From positions 1-64,000 of the forward strand of contig RHPI01003762.1 in the NCBI GenBank assembly GCA_009103225.1: a DNA stretch of 64,000 nt. Direction: 5' to 3'. The first letter of the stretch is position 1, and the number at the start of each line of letters is the position of its first letter. The notes below the pieces were generated by a model, which was not told the DNA's origin, ran no database searches, and saw only the letters and a list, made by a program, of their open reading frames with translations. The position numbers were made by a program, and so were the translations under genes. This DNA is from Chlorokybus atmophyticus. Taxonomy: Eukaryota > Plantae > Mesostigma and Chlorokybus algae. Of this stretch, positions 50,152 through 62,811 are shown one piece after another.

Positions 50152-53100
50152 CTAGGAAACTGTAAGGCGGGGCATGAAGTTTGGCAGCAGGCGCGACAGT
50201 TTCGCCGCGAGCCTCGGGACCAGCTCTCTTTCGGGATCTGACTCGCGCTCAATCAGCAACGACTGCATGCCCTCCTCAACAGCCGTCTGCACCGTAGCAT
50301 ACAAGCGCTCGCAGTCGGCGTTGTTCTTTGCGTCACAACTGTAATCTGCCGTATCAACGGGCTGCCCAAACTTGATGTATATCCTCTGCAGGTTGGTTGG
50401 GACGGGTATCACGCTCGGGATCGGTAGTGGACCCGGAAGGCGTGAGATGGGAGACACCGCCTCATTGGGGTCCAGATCAAACTGTTCATACAGTCTCCTG
50501 ACCAAGGGACCTACTGGAGACGAAAGTATATCATCGGCGTCGGCCAACACCTCAAACGCCTCATCGCCACCAACAAGCGAGAACGGCACAATGATGGCTT
50601 CAAACCGCGACGCTAGGCGAACAAAGTCTGCCTGCTCCTTCCATGACAATTTGTACTGTTCTCCCCTGCGCTTGCTGACCTGTGTTTACAGATTTGTAAG
50701 ATTGACCGACAGACATTGACTGCAAATGTGACAAAACTTCAATCAAACAACAAGCACGACATCAACAAACCTCGCGTGCACCGCCAGGAAACAAAAGCAC
50801 GTTTTCCTTCTGCTGCAGGAGTCTGTAAGCTGCACGGGGAGTGGCTTTGACGGCTCCCAGTTTCTCGAATATCATTCTGAACGGACCCATGAAGTGTCCC
50901 GGATGAGCAAGGGACCGGCACTTGAAGCCTCTGAGGAAGAGCTCATGCAGCAGCACGTGCGTGTCATACACGCCAAAGAGGGTGTGATTGCCAACAAAGA
51001 GCACAGGCCTTGCGGGGTAGGTGTTCGGGTTGGGTAGTGTTTCAGACCCGTACACCTTCGGAGAGGTGAGGACCTTCCACGCCGTTAGGTAACCACCAAG
51101 CTCGTCAAATACGCCATCGTCCACTACATCATTGTAGCGCCGGAAGAAGGGTGTATCTGTCATGGAGACTTTCTCCTTCTGCGCCGGTGTGCTGTTGCGT
51201 TCGTCTATTCGTGCCACCGGTTTGCTGAAGCCGTTCTTCTCCATGATGTCAATGATGTCAACACTAAACTCGAGCATGGGCGTGTGACCGCTGTAAAAAC
51301 CCAACAAGATAAGTGTTTGTGCGTAGTATTACAGCAAAGTAGTCTGCAGACTCCCAAGATGCTTTTGACCTTTCAGTCAGAATGTAGCGATGCGCATTGG
51401 GCAAATGCCGCTGCAGCCTTGCGCCCTCCTGCAACGACGGTAGCACCCTGTCCTTGGCAGAACACACCTGAGCAGGAGCAAATCATGCATATGTTGGGTT
51501 CTAGAAAGCTGCATCCTGACAACAGATACAATGCCACAGAAATCACATGTATACTACCAATGCAGCCCACACGCATCAGATAACCCACACAAAACCACAT
51601 GTATGTGAGCTAAAAAGCATTGGCATGTTGATGGTGTCGTACCAATAGCACGGGCTGCGGTATTTTGGCGAGGTCTCCCTCCGTCAAGCCTCCCTCGCGC
51701 ATAAGGTTGAAGCGCCACGCTGCAGCGGGGGCCGGCACGTAGTCAATGGGGCTGAACACCTCATCGTCTACACCCTTGTCAATGGTGCGGTCGTCATTGC
51801 CCTCGCCGTCCCTGTTGGGGGTTGGCAGCGCAGTGTTTACGCGGTTGCGCTTGACCAAGAGCGGAAGCGCAATATCCTGGAGAGCATAGCATTGGTAAGC
51901 ATAGCGAGGTAAGAAAGTGAGAACAACAGGTCATCTTAGTGCAACATAACATGGTGTGGCTATTGCGTGCCACAGCTGTAACCACCTAGCTGTGTGCATG
52001 CACCTGTGCCAGCTGGTAAAGGGGCATTGGAAAGTACGCCAGAAGGCCGGAGGCAGCAGCCAAACTCATAATTGGGTTGGTCTCCTGGAAGTTGGTGCCT
52101 GGATTGATCTGCACACAACATATGTCGGCTTCAACACACGCAATGAGTGCGTCACAAAGAAATAGTGCGTCAACACATAGTGCGATGGATGCTTACCAGG
52201 ACAACCCTGTCAATAAGCTCAGGGGCAGCAGCAGCAAGGCGCAGCGCGAGGCAGGTGCCAAAGGACTCAGCTAGTAGGGTGATGTGGCGGCGGGGACCGC
52301 TTGTAGCGCTATCTTTGCTCCTGTTGGGCTTGCGCACTCTCGGCTTTGACACCGCCTCAAGCTCCGGTACGAACGTCGCCACAAGCTCTGACCAGGACGA
52401 CCGGTCCGAGGCTGGTATGTACAGGCAGTGCAAGTCGTAGCTGAAAGTCAACTATAATCAACACGTGTCCATGTGTACACGGGTGCGCATTGCTGCAAGG
52501 TGCGCGTACTGTACTGTATAACAAAGGGTGTTCTGTGCTCACCCTGCCTTGGTGATGTAATCAACTTGTGGCCGTACACACGCGCCAGTGCAATCCATGC
52601 CAGGGACATAAATCAACACAGGCTTGTCAGCCTGTTTGTGTGTACCACAACAACCATAAGTGCCCAACAAAACAGCTCATGAGTAACATGTATGCACATG
52701 CATGACGCTTCTGTCCAGATCACGCCAAAACTAACCTGCAAACTCTGCGGTTCATTGATCACGCTGCTGAGAGGTTCAAACAGGTGCGGTCGGTCCTGCT
52801 TAATTTTAAAGTCTGGCACTGGACATGAGGCGGCGGTGGAAGCCGCTGCACCCGCGACACCATGGTCAGCATCATTGATGCTGCTGTCCGCCAGATCAAT
52901 CGCGACGCGTGGCTGTAAAGAGAAAAGTTTTTCGCCTGTGAGCATCTCACAAACCGACACACGTGCGCACACGTACACACAGGAGCAGCAATTTGCATGC
53001 ATTTCACTTGTGTGTAGCATGTGCTGCTTGCAAGCATGCGCTGCTTGCAAGCATGCGCTGCTTGCAAGCATGCGAGTGTGCGTAAGAGCGTATGCTGGAC

Positions 53101-53907
53101 TGACAGCGTGCTTGCAAGCTGTGCTAACAGTAACGCATGCCCATATGCTTCTGCACATCCGTACATGCTTCAGTGAGACTGGCAAGCCATAACATACATA
53201 CGAGTAGCTGATCGCATGTCAGTTAACAGCGTGCCATGTACTCTTTGTCAAGTTGGAGGAAAACCTTCACACCTTACAACTGCAAGGCTGCACACAGGTT
53301 CGGCCTCAGTCTAAAGGCGCGCTATCAAACAAGAAAACGCTAACCTCCAAGACAGGCTCGCGTTTTAAGCAAGCAGCCTGCGCGTGTTGAAAGCAATATG
53401 CAAATTGCAGACCAGCGCTGCTTAGAAGGTTAAAGGTTCCGTCACATGCTCTCAAGATGATAGAAAATTTAAGTTCATGCGGTGCACGACAAGACAAATT
53501 CCATGGATTACGCCTGAGCAGGCAAGCGCGGTTCAACAAACCCTGAACCTACTACACACCTGCTCAAGGACTGCAGCTAATGGCTCCGTAAGCGCTGGAG
53601 TCGCCACGCCGTTGGTTGCTGCGGGGGAGGAGGAGGACAGCGACGAGGAGGGAGATACTGAGGGAGACGGAGAGGAGAACGAGGAAGAAGAAGAGGAGGA
53701 GGAGGAGGATGACGACGAAGATGAGGTGGAGGAGTCAGCTCTAACGCTACCAACACCCTTTGAGCGGTCAGGCCTGAAGCTACTTGCGCGCCGCCTCTCG
53801 CCACGACGTGCCGGCGCACCTTGTGGCCGCAGCAAAGCAGCCGGAAGCTGCAACGCAACGACACCCCCTCCTACCATCGCCACCCCAGTAGCCGCCACCG
53901 CCGCCAT
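50152..53907 (-). CDS. PES: Phytyl ester synthase/ELT-family acyltransferase (alpha/beta-hydrolase + DAGAT domain), plastid-targeted
   Basis: TLLAESFGTCLALRLAAAAPELIDRVVLVN, PVLFVGNHTLFGVYD, RSLAHPGH, LLQQKENVLLFPGGAREV, EQADFVRLASRFEAIIVPFSLVGGDE, RIYIKFGQPVDT. Ser-rich transit-like N-terminus. Confidence 0.88.
53014..53072. repeat. 17-bp tandem repeat x3 in a PES intron
   Basis: GCTGCTTGCAAGCATGC is repeated three times, each copy with the internal palindrome GCTTGCAAGC. Confidence 0.9.
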
Positions 53908-54249
53908 GCTCACTACATCGCCACGCACATGCGCAAAGCCATGCCTGAGGACACCCAGCGTCACGCTCCGTCACATCTCGCGTGACAACAAGACAGCGTG
54001 ACGAACGTGCCCGCCACGTGTGACGATCGCAACCAAAGCTCGGCGAGACGGATTGAGTTCATGGACGATCAGTGGATCAATGAACTTGACAAAGATGACT
54101 CACAAAACTCATGATCCGTCACGTGATAGATGACCGGATTAGGGTTTGGCTCTGCTGCGCCGAGAGGCAGCCACGTGGCAGTGGCGGCGACGGAGGCAGG
54201 GGAGGAGGAGGAGGAGGGGAAGGAGGAGGTGGTGAGATTAGGAAGAGGT

Positions 54250-55390
54250 ATGGCGCCGCCACCGGCTAGCCGTGGCGGAGGCGGCGATGAGGTGGCGAGG
54301 CTGGTGGAGCTGTGCGTGCGGGCGTACGAGAGCTTCAACGCCCTGGCCATGACACCTGATGCGCACGCTGAAGCTTGCCTCAAGGAGTGGAGGATTGAAC
54401 CCAACTCTGAGATGGGCATCTTCATATCTCAGGTACATTGTTTGAGACGGCGTGAGTAGGACGTGTTCAATGAAGCAATGACCAACATGTTACAAACAGC
54501 GTGCATCATGACATAGGTTGGTGACTTACAGTATGTACTACGACCTCATGCTTGTACATGTGTATGAAGTGTTTCTGGGCTTGCACGCGATTGTCACAAG
54601 AACGCGTTGTCATAACACGCACGCACGCACGCGCACACGCGTGTACATGTACGTGCGCAGGCACATGCGCATATACACAGATACACATATGCACAAATAC
54701 ACACAATGTCAATCACTTGGTATACTCATAGCGCGAGCAAGCACAGGCGTAGACACTCACGTACATACACGAAGACTCCCAAGCACAGACACGCGCACAC
54801 ACGTCGTCACCTATGTACCCACGCACACGCACGTGTATGCGCGCACATGCACACGCGCGCGTGCCTGTGCACAAGCACGCACGCTGACGCCCACTTGCTT
54901 ACGCACGCACACAAGCAGACTTGATCGTAACCAGACCAGAGTTGTTTGTGACACGCAACACAACGATCAATCACCCACCCAGGTCCTTTACGGCGCCGTC
55001 CGTTACGGCCGTCGTCTCCTCGGCCCCCTGGTGCGCGCCCTCTACGCCGGGGGAAGCGGAAGCGGCGCGGGGGGACTCCTGCGCGCCGACGCGGGGCTCT
55101 ACCACTGCCTGGGGTACCTGGCGCTCGTGCGCGTGCGGGAACTCGGATTCGCGCAGTTCAGGTAATGCTCGAGAGCCTAGAAGATTGCGTGTGCGTGTGC
55201 GTGTGTGGCTGCGTGCGTGCGTGCGTGCGTGCGTGCGTGTGCGTGAATGTGGGTCTGCGCGCATGGTTGTATAAGCACGCACGCATGTGTGTGCTTGCAT
55301 GTGGATGTGTGCGTGTATGCTGGCGGTTGTGTGAGGAAGAGTCATGCCACACGCAAGCGCATGTACGAACGCACGCATGCACGCATGTAT

Positions 55391-55422
<32 letters not shown>

Positions 55423-58400
55423 GCACCTAACAAAAGACATCACCATGGCAGGAGGCTGGTGCTGAGTCAGGACGCGCAGAAGATGCACGCGTTCTTGTCT
55501 TATCTCTTTGGATCGGACAAGCTGCGGGAGTTCTGCCGGGACGAGTGGCTCAAACACTACGACGTTCAGGTAAACAACCAATCAGTGTGCGTCGCAGCCG
55601 CACCACTAGTCAGCCATCACGCAATCACTACTGTTATGCGCGCGCACAGTTGTACGTGCACACATGAACACACGTGCGCACATGCGTGCTTGCACGCTTG
55701 CGCACGCACGCATGGGCACTCACTTGTACACACGTACCCGCACATACATGTGCACGCGCACACATACACACAAACGAGCACTGCCTTTGCTAACTGATTC
55801 ACTGGTGACACAGTTGGGCACGCGCATACACACACACACGCACACGCACACGCACACGCACACGCACACATGTGCGCATGTGCGAATCTATACTCAGACA
55901 ACGAGCACTCCATTCATGGTTGAAGTTCACTGCTGATTGTTATGCCAGTTTGTTGAAGACCTCTTGAATACTGCCGACGAGTTGGCTCACGACGCGCGCG
56001 CACTCATCACCGGTTTGGAGGAGTCCCTTCTTCTCCGTCGGTCTGATTCCGGGGATTCCATCAGTGGCGACGACGGCGAGAACTATCCCAACCACAGTCC
56101 CGGAACCGGCAGGACCGCGGAGGGCCCGACGAGCGCGTTCGGGACCAAGAACAGGACCGGGATCGGGATCGGGATCGCAAAGACCGTCGTGAAGCCTTTC
56201 AATCTATCGCAGACTCGGCCCAAAGCACCGAGACCGGACTTTAGTAATGTCGCGGTGGAGGCTTTATCATCCCCGCCCAAACCGAAAAGGGTCCCGAACC
56301 TGACCAGAACAACGGGTCCTAAACCGCAGCCGCAGTCGCAACCGCAGCCGCAGTCCCAGAGTCGGACGAAAGTGATCCCGGCAGAGGCGAAACCGTTCAG
56401 GCTGAGGACTCTGGAAAGGCCGTCAAACCTCGACCGCGTGCGTGAAGAGGTATGCGTGTGTATATGTGTACATGCGCGTGTGTATGCACATGCTCACGCG
56501 TGCATGCGTGCGCGCGTGCGCGTGTGTGATAGGAACTGTGTAAACTCGTGTCATGTGTAAGCTTTCATGTGACTGATGTGACACACACCTGTGCGAACAA
56601 CGTTGGCATGCACAAAGTATAGTATACAGATACTGTGTGTCCTGTTGTCTTACATCCTGTACATGTACACGTCTTTGTTGTTGCCCCTAATGCAACCCAA
56701 CATACATTCGCAGGTTGAGGCCCAACGCAGTGAAGAGTTCCGCTTCATCCCGCCCAAAGCACGACCAATCCCGCCCTCCCCCGCAGCCCAGGCAAGAACC
56801 CCACACGCACCCCCACCCCCACCCCCACACTTGCATACAATCCCAACAACCAGCACACTCCAGGTGCGTTTGAACGCGACGGCGGTTCTGCGCGAGGACG
56901 CGCTGTACCGTCGCCGGCAGCAGGACAGCGCCGCGGCCGCGAAAGAGCAGGAGCTCAACCTGAGGGACGACTCGGAGTTCGCAGCGTGGCAAGTGAGTAT
57001 GTGTATGTGTGTGCGCGTGCGCGTGCGCGTGCGCGTGCGCGTGTGCATGTGTGACAAGGGACACAACCAACATAAGGGGGGAGCTGCTACCCCTGATCCT
57101 GCTGGTGTATAAGTATCCCAAAATATTGTCGTGTGTAGGCTCAGATGCAGCATCTTGATGAGGTGGAGAGAGCCCAGCTCATAGAAAAGAGGCGCCAGGA
57201 GATGGCTGCGGCCGCCGCCGCTGCCACAGCAGCGCGCGAACAAAAGGTACGCTACAGGCAATGCACGTAACATGGACTCTGCACTGTGTGCCGTATGTGG
57301 TACAACACACGTACACATACACACTTGCACACGCGCCCGCACGCGTGCGTTGATATGTCGGTACGCACACGACCATGCACTGCTGTGAAGCATGTTGGTA
57401 CGCACACATTGTAGGGCATAGTGTGACCAACATCTAGTCACTGCTAACATTTGACACCCTTCCTCCCTGCCTGCAGGTCCAAGAGAACCACGCGGTGGCC
57501 GAGGAGCTCCGCTCCTTAGCCTCCGAGGCGGCGGCGGAGAGAGAGCGCGCGCGCGAGGAGGAGGAGAGGACCAACAGGGACAAGCACGAGGACGTGACAC
57601 GATCGCACGCCGCCACAAAGGTAAGGGTTGGGTAGTTGCCAGCCTTGCGGCTGTGTGTGTATGCGTGTGCGTGTGCGTGGGCGTGGGAGTGAATGTTCGC
57701 GTGCGTGCATATGCGTGTGTGCGCGCAAGCGCGGGCGGGTATGCGTGGGCGTGCGTGTGCTTACGTGCATGCCTCATCCGTGCTTTAACAAGTGCATCTC
57801 TACAATCCTCCCTCGCAGGCTGCGCAAGAGGCGTTGTTGGCGGCGAAGCGGGCAGCTGCCGCCGCGGCCGCGCTGGAGCGCGAGCGCACGATGGAGCGCG
57901 TGCGGGCGGAGCGCGAGGAGGAGCGCGAGCGCAGACGCGTGATGATCACGGAACTCAAGGTAAAACTGAGGTTGTTGTTGTTGTTGTTGTTGTTGTTTGG
58001 TTAACGGTTGTGTGCACTTCTCAGGCGTTGTGGGCTGAGGGCACTCCGAGGCAAAGGCGTGCGGAGTTCGATGAGACTGCAGTGGCGGGACATGACTTGT
58101 TGGGTACGCCTTCGTGTTAATCATAGTTGTGTTGTGCGCGTTGTGTTGTTGCGCTTGCGTGCGTGCGTTCATGTGCCAACAACCCGCGCGCGTAGATGAG
58201 ATGTCGTTGGCCGAGCTGAAAGAGCGGCTTGATGAGGCACGGGAGCAGCGTGCGGCAGAGCGGGAGTCGAAACGAGCCGAGATTGTCGCACAGAAACATC
58301 AGGTGTGTGTCTATTGTCGTTGTGCAATGGGCTTGCACTCAGTTGCCCCTTGTGCCAGCGCAATGCTGCAATCGCTGGTGCGGCAGCCAACATTGCAAAG

Positions 58401-59993
58401 ATCCGAAGCCTACAGGTGAGGAATACACACAGGACAGTTGCTTGGCTGGCTAAAGCCAATGTCGTCCGCGATCAATTGCATGCACAAGCCTGTGATTACT
58501 GTGCATGCGAAACAATCAAGGAGACACACCTGTGCATAAGCATATGGACATGTGTGTACGCGCGCACGCGCGCATGCTTATCAGAAATACACTCACACAC
58601 CCAAGTGAATTGGTGCTCGGTGACTGACTCTGCTCACGATGAATGCAAGCACTATGTTCATCATTCTGTGATGTTACACACACACATGCACGCACCGACT
58701 CTCCTTGTCTCCATCACAGGCCGCTCAACGCGCCGCCGCCCGTCAGCAGAAGGACCTGGCCCTCCAGCGTCTCTCCCTGGCTCGTGCCGAGTCTCACGAG
58801 CGCGCGCTGCTGGACCTGCACGGCCGGCTGGAGGCCAAACACGCGAGGCAGGCTGAGGAGAGGGAACGGATCGCCGCGGAAGAGAGGGCGATAGCGTACG
58901 AGCAGGTGAGTGGGTGGGTGGGGGTGGGTNNNNNNNNNNNNNNNNNNNNNNNNNNNNNNNNNNNNNNNNNNNNNNNNNNNNNNNNNNNNNNNNNNNNNNN
59001 NNNNNNNNNNNNNNNNNNNNNNNNNNNNNNNNNNNNNNNNNNNNNNNNNNNNNNNNNNNNNNNNNNNNNNNNNNNNNNNNNNNNNNNNNNNNNNNNNNNN
59101 NNNNNNNNNNNNNNNNNNNNNNNNNNNNNNNNNNNNNNNNNNNNNNNNNNNNNNNNNNNNNNNNNNNNNNNNNNNNNNNNNNNNNNNNNNNNNNNNNGGG
59201 GGGGGGAATGTGATGGATGTGGGGTGATTAGGTGAGGCAAGCGGCTGGGGCGGAGGCGGTTGAGAAAGCCAAGTATGAGGCGCTGAGGCTGGGATCGATG
59301 CGGGATTTGAAGTCGCGCCAAACCCGCGCTCAGGTACTTACGGATCAACACACGCATATACTTTGGCTCTCGCACACATGTGCGCACGAGTGCGTACACA
59401 CACCCAGGCGCACACACACAATCATGTTTTGGCATGTGCTTCGTGTCGCAAACCCCATCATTGCATCCATACACAATTTATCACACAGCTCTGCTTGACC
59501 CGGGTGAAAAGCAAGCTCACGCGTTGATAAAGTTTCGAAACAACGATGCTCCAGTGTACAGAAGCACAGTAGTTTGTCCCCAACATGTTGGGTCCATGAC
59601 TGACTCTCACTTCTCAGATCGAGGCGGCGCTTTATGAAGACACGGCGGCGAGGCAAGAGCGCGTGTGGCACGCATACATAAAGCGCCAGCAGCGGGCCAG
59701 AAAAGAGGCCTTCCGCGAGTACGACGCCAAGGTGGGTGACCTGGTGTACCACATGTGCACATCACTTATGAAATAACTTCATTGCCAACATGTTGCCTCT
59801 CTCCTCTCTCCACAAAAAGGTTAAGAAGCTCGGTGAGGAGGACAACGTCGCCCGCGTGGAAGAGGACACGCGCAAGCGTGAGAAGGTGGCTTCGCAGCAC
59901 GCGCACGAGAGTACTCGTAGGATTGACGGGAGCACTTTGTCACATAAAACTGTGGTGGCTGATGAATCCCACGAGGGACAATATGGTATATAG
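54250..59993 (+). CDS. CFAP99: Cilia- and flagella-associated protein 99 (CFAP99-like); an alternative in-frame ATG is at 54130 and the last exon is uncertain
   Basis: FISQ|VLYGAVRY, YLALVRVRELGFAQFR|RLVLSQDAQKMHAFLSYLF, KPFNLSQTRPK, VRLNATAVLREDALYRRRQ, RDDSEFAAWQ, followed by a long coiled-coil C-terminus. Confidence 0.8.
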
Positions 59994-59998
59994 TATCC

Positions 59999-62739
59999 TT
60001 ATTGCATGGGTGCTGTGGCTGGAGCGAGCACGTGCGTGCGCGCATACAGCTCGGACAGCGTCACTACGTCGTAGCCCCGGGCTTTCAGCTGTGGCAACAC
60101 CCTGTGAAGCACCTGCACACACACACAATACATAAATGACACCACCAGCAGCATATGCGCAGTCGGTCAAACTATGAATAGATCAGTAATCAAGTCAGGG
60201 GATCAATGCATTTGTTGATCAGTTTGACGCACTGATCCATCAATGAACTATTCCGTTAGCACTCAGCAAGTGGATGACTGCACTGATCAGTGACTGATGA
60301 TCCAACGAGTAGTACACCAGCTAAATCACTCAATCAGCCAACCAGTCACGCATGAGTAGTCCATATGAATCACTTCACCACTGAACCCCATCAATCCTCC
60401 CCCNNNNNNNNNNNNNNNNNNNNNNNNNNNNNNNNNNNNNNNNNNNNNNNNNNNNNNNNNNNNNNNNNNNNNNNNNNNNNNNNNNNNNNNNNNNNNNNNN
60501 NNNNNNNNNNNNNNNNNNNNNNNNNNNNNNNNNNNNNNNNNNNNNNNNNNNNNNNNNNNNNNNNNNNNNNNNNNNNNNNNNNNNNNNNNNNNNNNNNNNN
60601 NNNNNNNNNNNCCTCCCCTCTCACCTCCGCCGTCCCCCTCCTCTCCTCCTTCCCGTCATGCAGCACCACGACGCTTCCCGGCCGCACCTTCCCCACCACG
60701 AACCGCGCGATGAGTTGCGGCGCGTTCGGTAAACGGAGGGTCAGGGGGTCGTGGGGGTAGATGGAGCCGAGGGCCAGGGAGTACTGACGGGAGGAGACGA
60801 GATGGAGGAGACGGGGAGTCACCCAGCCGTGGCCCTGCGGAGGGAGGGGGGTGGGGTGGGGTGTAAGTGGGTGAACTAAGAGGAGTGGGTCAGTGAATGG
60901 AGTAGAGTTGAGTATGGGTGTGCGTGAGTGGAGTCGGACACGTGTATAGGTACCTTTCGGGCATGCATATAATCACCACGCAGATGCACTCAGGTACACA
61001 GCATCAGTGCAGCAACACAAGCAAGCAGGCAAGCACACGACCGTGCTTCTGCGTACTCGCACTCATGCACGCGTGTGCTAATGCGCACGCTATGGCATGG
61101 GCGCTTGTTGTATGTGTGTGTGTGTGCGCGCACATGCAGGCTTCGGCATGCAACTGCGACATACGTTGATGCACGTGCATACACATACGCACACGCATGC
61201 GCATAAGTCAAGTACAAGTGTCGCATGCTTACTGGTCGGAACCATTTTCGTCGGTTCTGCGACGATGCCAACCCAGCCTGCTGCTGTTGTCTCTCCCAGT
61301 ACGGCTGCAGCATGGCGTCAAGCTCCATCAGCTGACCATCAAACTCATCCTGGATGAAACAGAAGTAACTCATGAACTCGTTTGTGACTAGGACGAAGAG
61401 AGGCTACGCGATTACTGCCCTGTCTCACCTCTGGCAGCCTCCAGCTGGGCACGTCTTGCATCGTGTGGTTGCCAAGCTCGTGACCTGGATGCATGACACT
61501 ATATGAGCATGCCACGATCCAACTTGCAGTTACCACACGAATGTGCAATCGTGTGCGTGTGTATGTGTCACGTGTGTGCGCACGCGCGCGTGGGCGTGGA
61601 TGCATGTGCGCATGCATGCGCTTGTGCTTGTTTTGGGCGTGCGTGTGCGTGCCCGTGTGAGTGCATGGGTGCGTGCGTATATGAAACGGACCCAGCACTC
61701 ACCCTCTTCAGCGATGCGGTGTGCGATGTGCGGCCACCGCTTCACATTGTCTCCGATGACAAAGAACGTCGCCTTGCACCCGTGCTCCTTCAGCGCCTCC
61801 AGAAGCTGATCAACAGTGAGTCAAGTGGTGACTTGTGGTAAGTAACAACAGACAAACGCGTACGCACGCACGCTCGTACGCATGCCCACCCAACCATACC
61901 TCCGGTGTCACAGCCGGGTGCGGCGAGTCGTCGATGGTGAGGGCCACCACTCTCTCTGCCACACAAACCAATCAACACTCAACACATCAGCAACACTACC
62001 AGCTTTGCTCGAGCGGCAGCGGTTGGGACGCGTGCTTACGTGTGCAGTCGGGGGGCGCGCAGAAGTAGATGGAGGGGAGGCGTCGAGAGAGCCAGCGGAC
62101 AACGGGCCAAGGCTGAAACGCCAGCGCACTGCAGGGTGTGGATCGGAGTGAAGTGGTGCGCGCGCGTGTGTGCGTGTGTGTGCGCGTATGCGTGTGCTGG
62201 TGCACATGCGTGTGTACAATGTGCGCGCGAGTTTGTGCGTGCGTGCGTGTGTGGGCCTGTGACTCGTTAAGTGGCACCAAGCTCAGGTCTGCTGGGTGAT
62301 GTGACTTGGTCACTGCGTGCAAGGCTGTTGCAGACAAAGCAACAAACACGCGCACGCGTACACGCACACACGGACAAGCGCACCAAAAAAAACGCCCACC
62401 CCCACACAACAGGCCCAGCAGCAGCAGCAGCAGCAACAACAACTACCACAACCACCACGACCACCACAGCAGAAATCCAATTCACAGCTGCCTGGCTTAG
62501 CAGCAGCAGCAGCAGCAGCACTCATGCTGACAAAACTGATGACCAAAGTGTGACTGCAGCCATACCACACTTACCCACCCCAATTGTGGCCAATTCCAAT
62601 TGCACCCCAATTGTAGCCAATTCCACCCAATTACGCACACTGCTTACCCCACAAACGCCGCCGCCCCCAGCAACGCCCCCATCGCCGCCACCCCGACCGC
62701 CGCGCCTACCGCCGCACCCACCGCCGCCGCCTCCGCCAT
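59999..62739 (-). CDS. NodB-type polysaccharide deacetylase (CE4) with an N-terminal membrane anchor
   Basis: MAEAAAVGAAVGAAVGVAAMGALLGAAAFVG|ALAFQPW, VALTIDDSP, KATFFVIG, HELGNHT, KWFRPGHG, PGSVVVLHDG, last exon VLHRVLPQLKARGYDVVTLSEL...TAA (stop 60001-59999). Confidence 0.92.
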
Positions 62740-62811
62740 GCCTTAAGCGTTGAGCTTGCTGCTGGCCTGCTCTGGTCTGGCCTGGCCTGATTTGCCGACA
62801 AGGCGGCGGCG

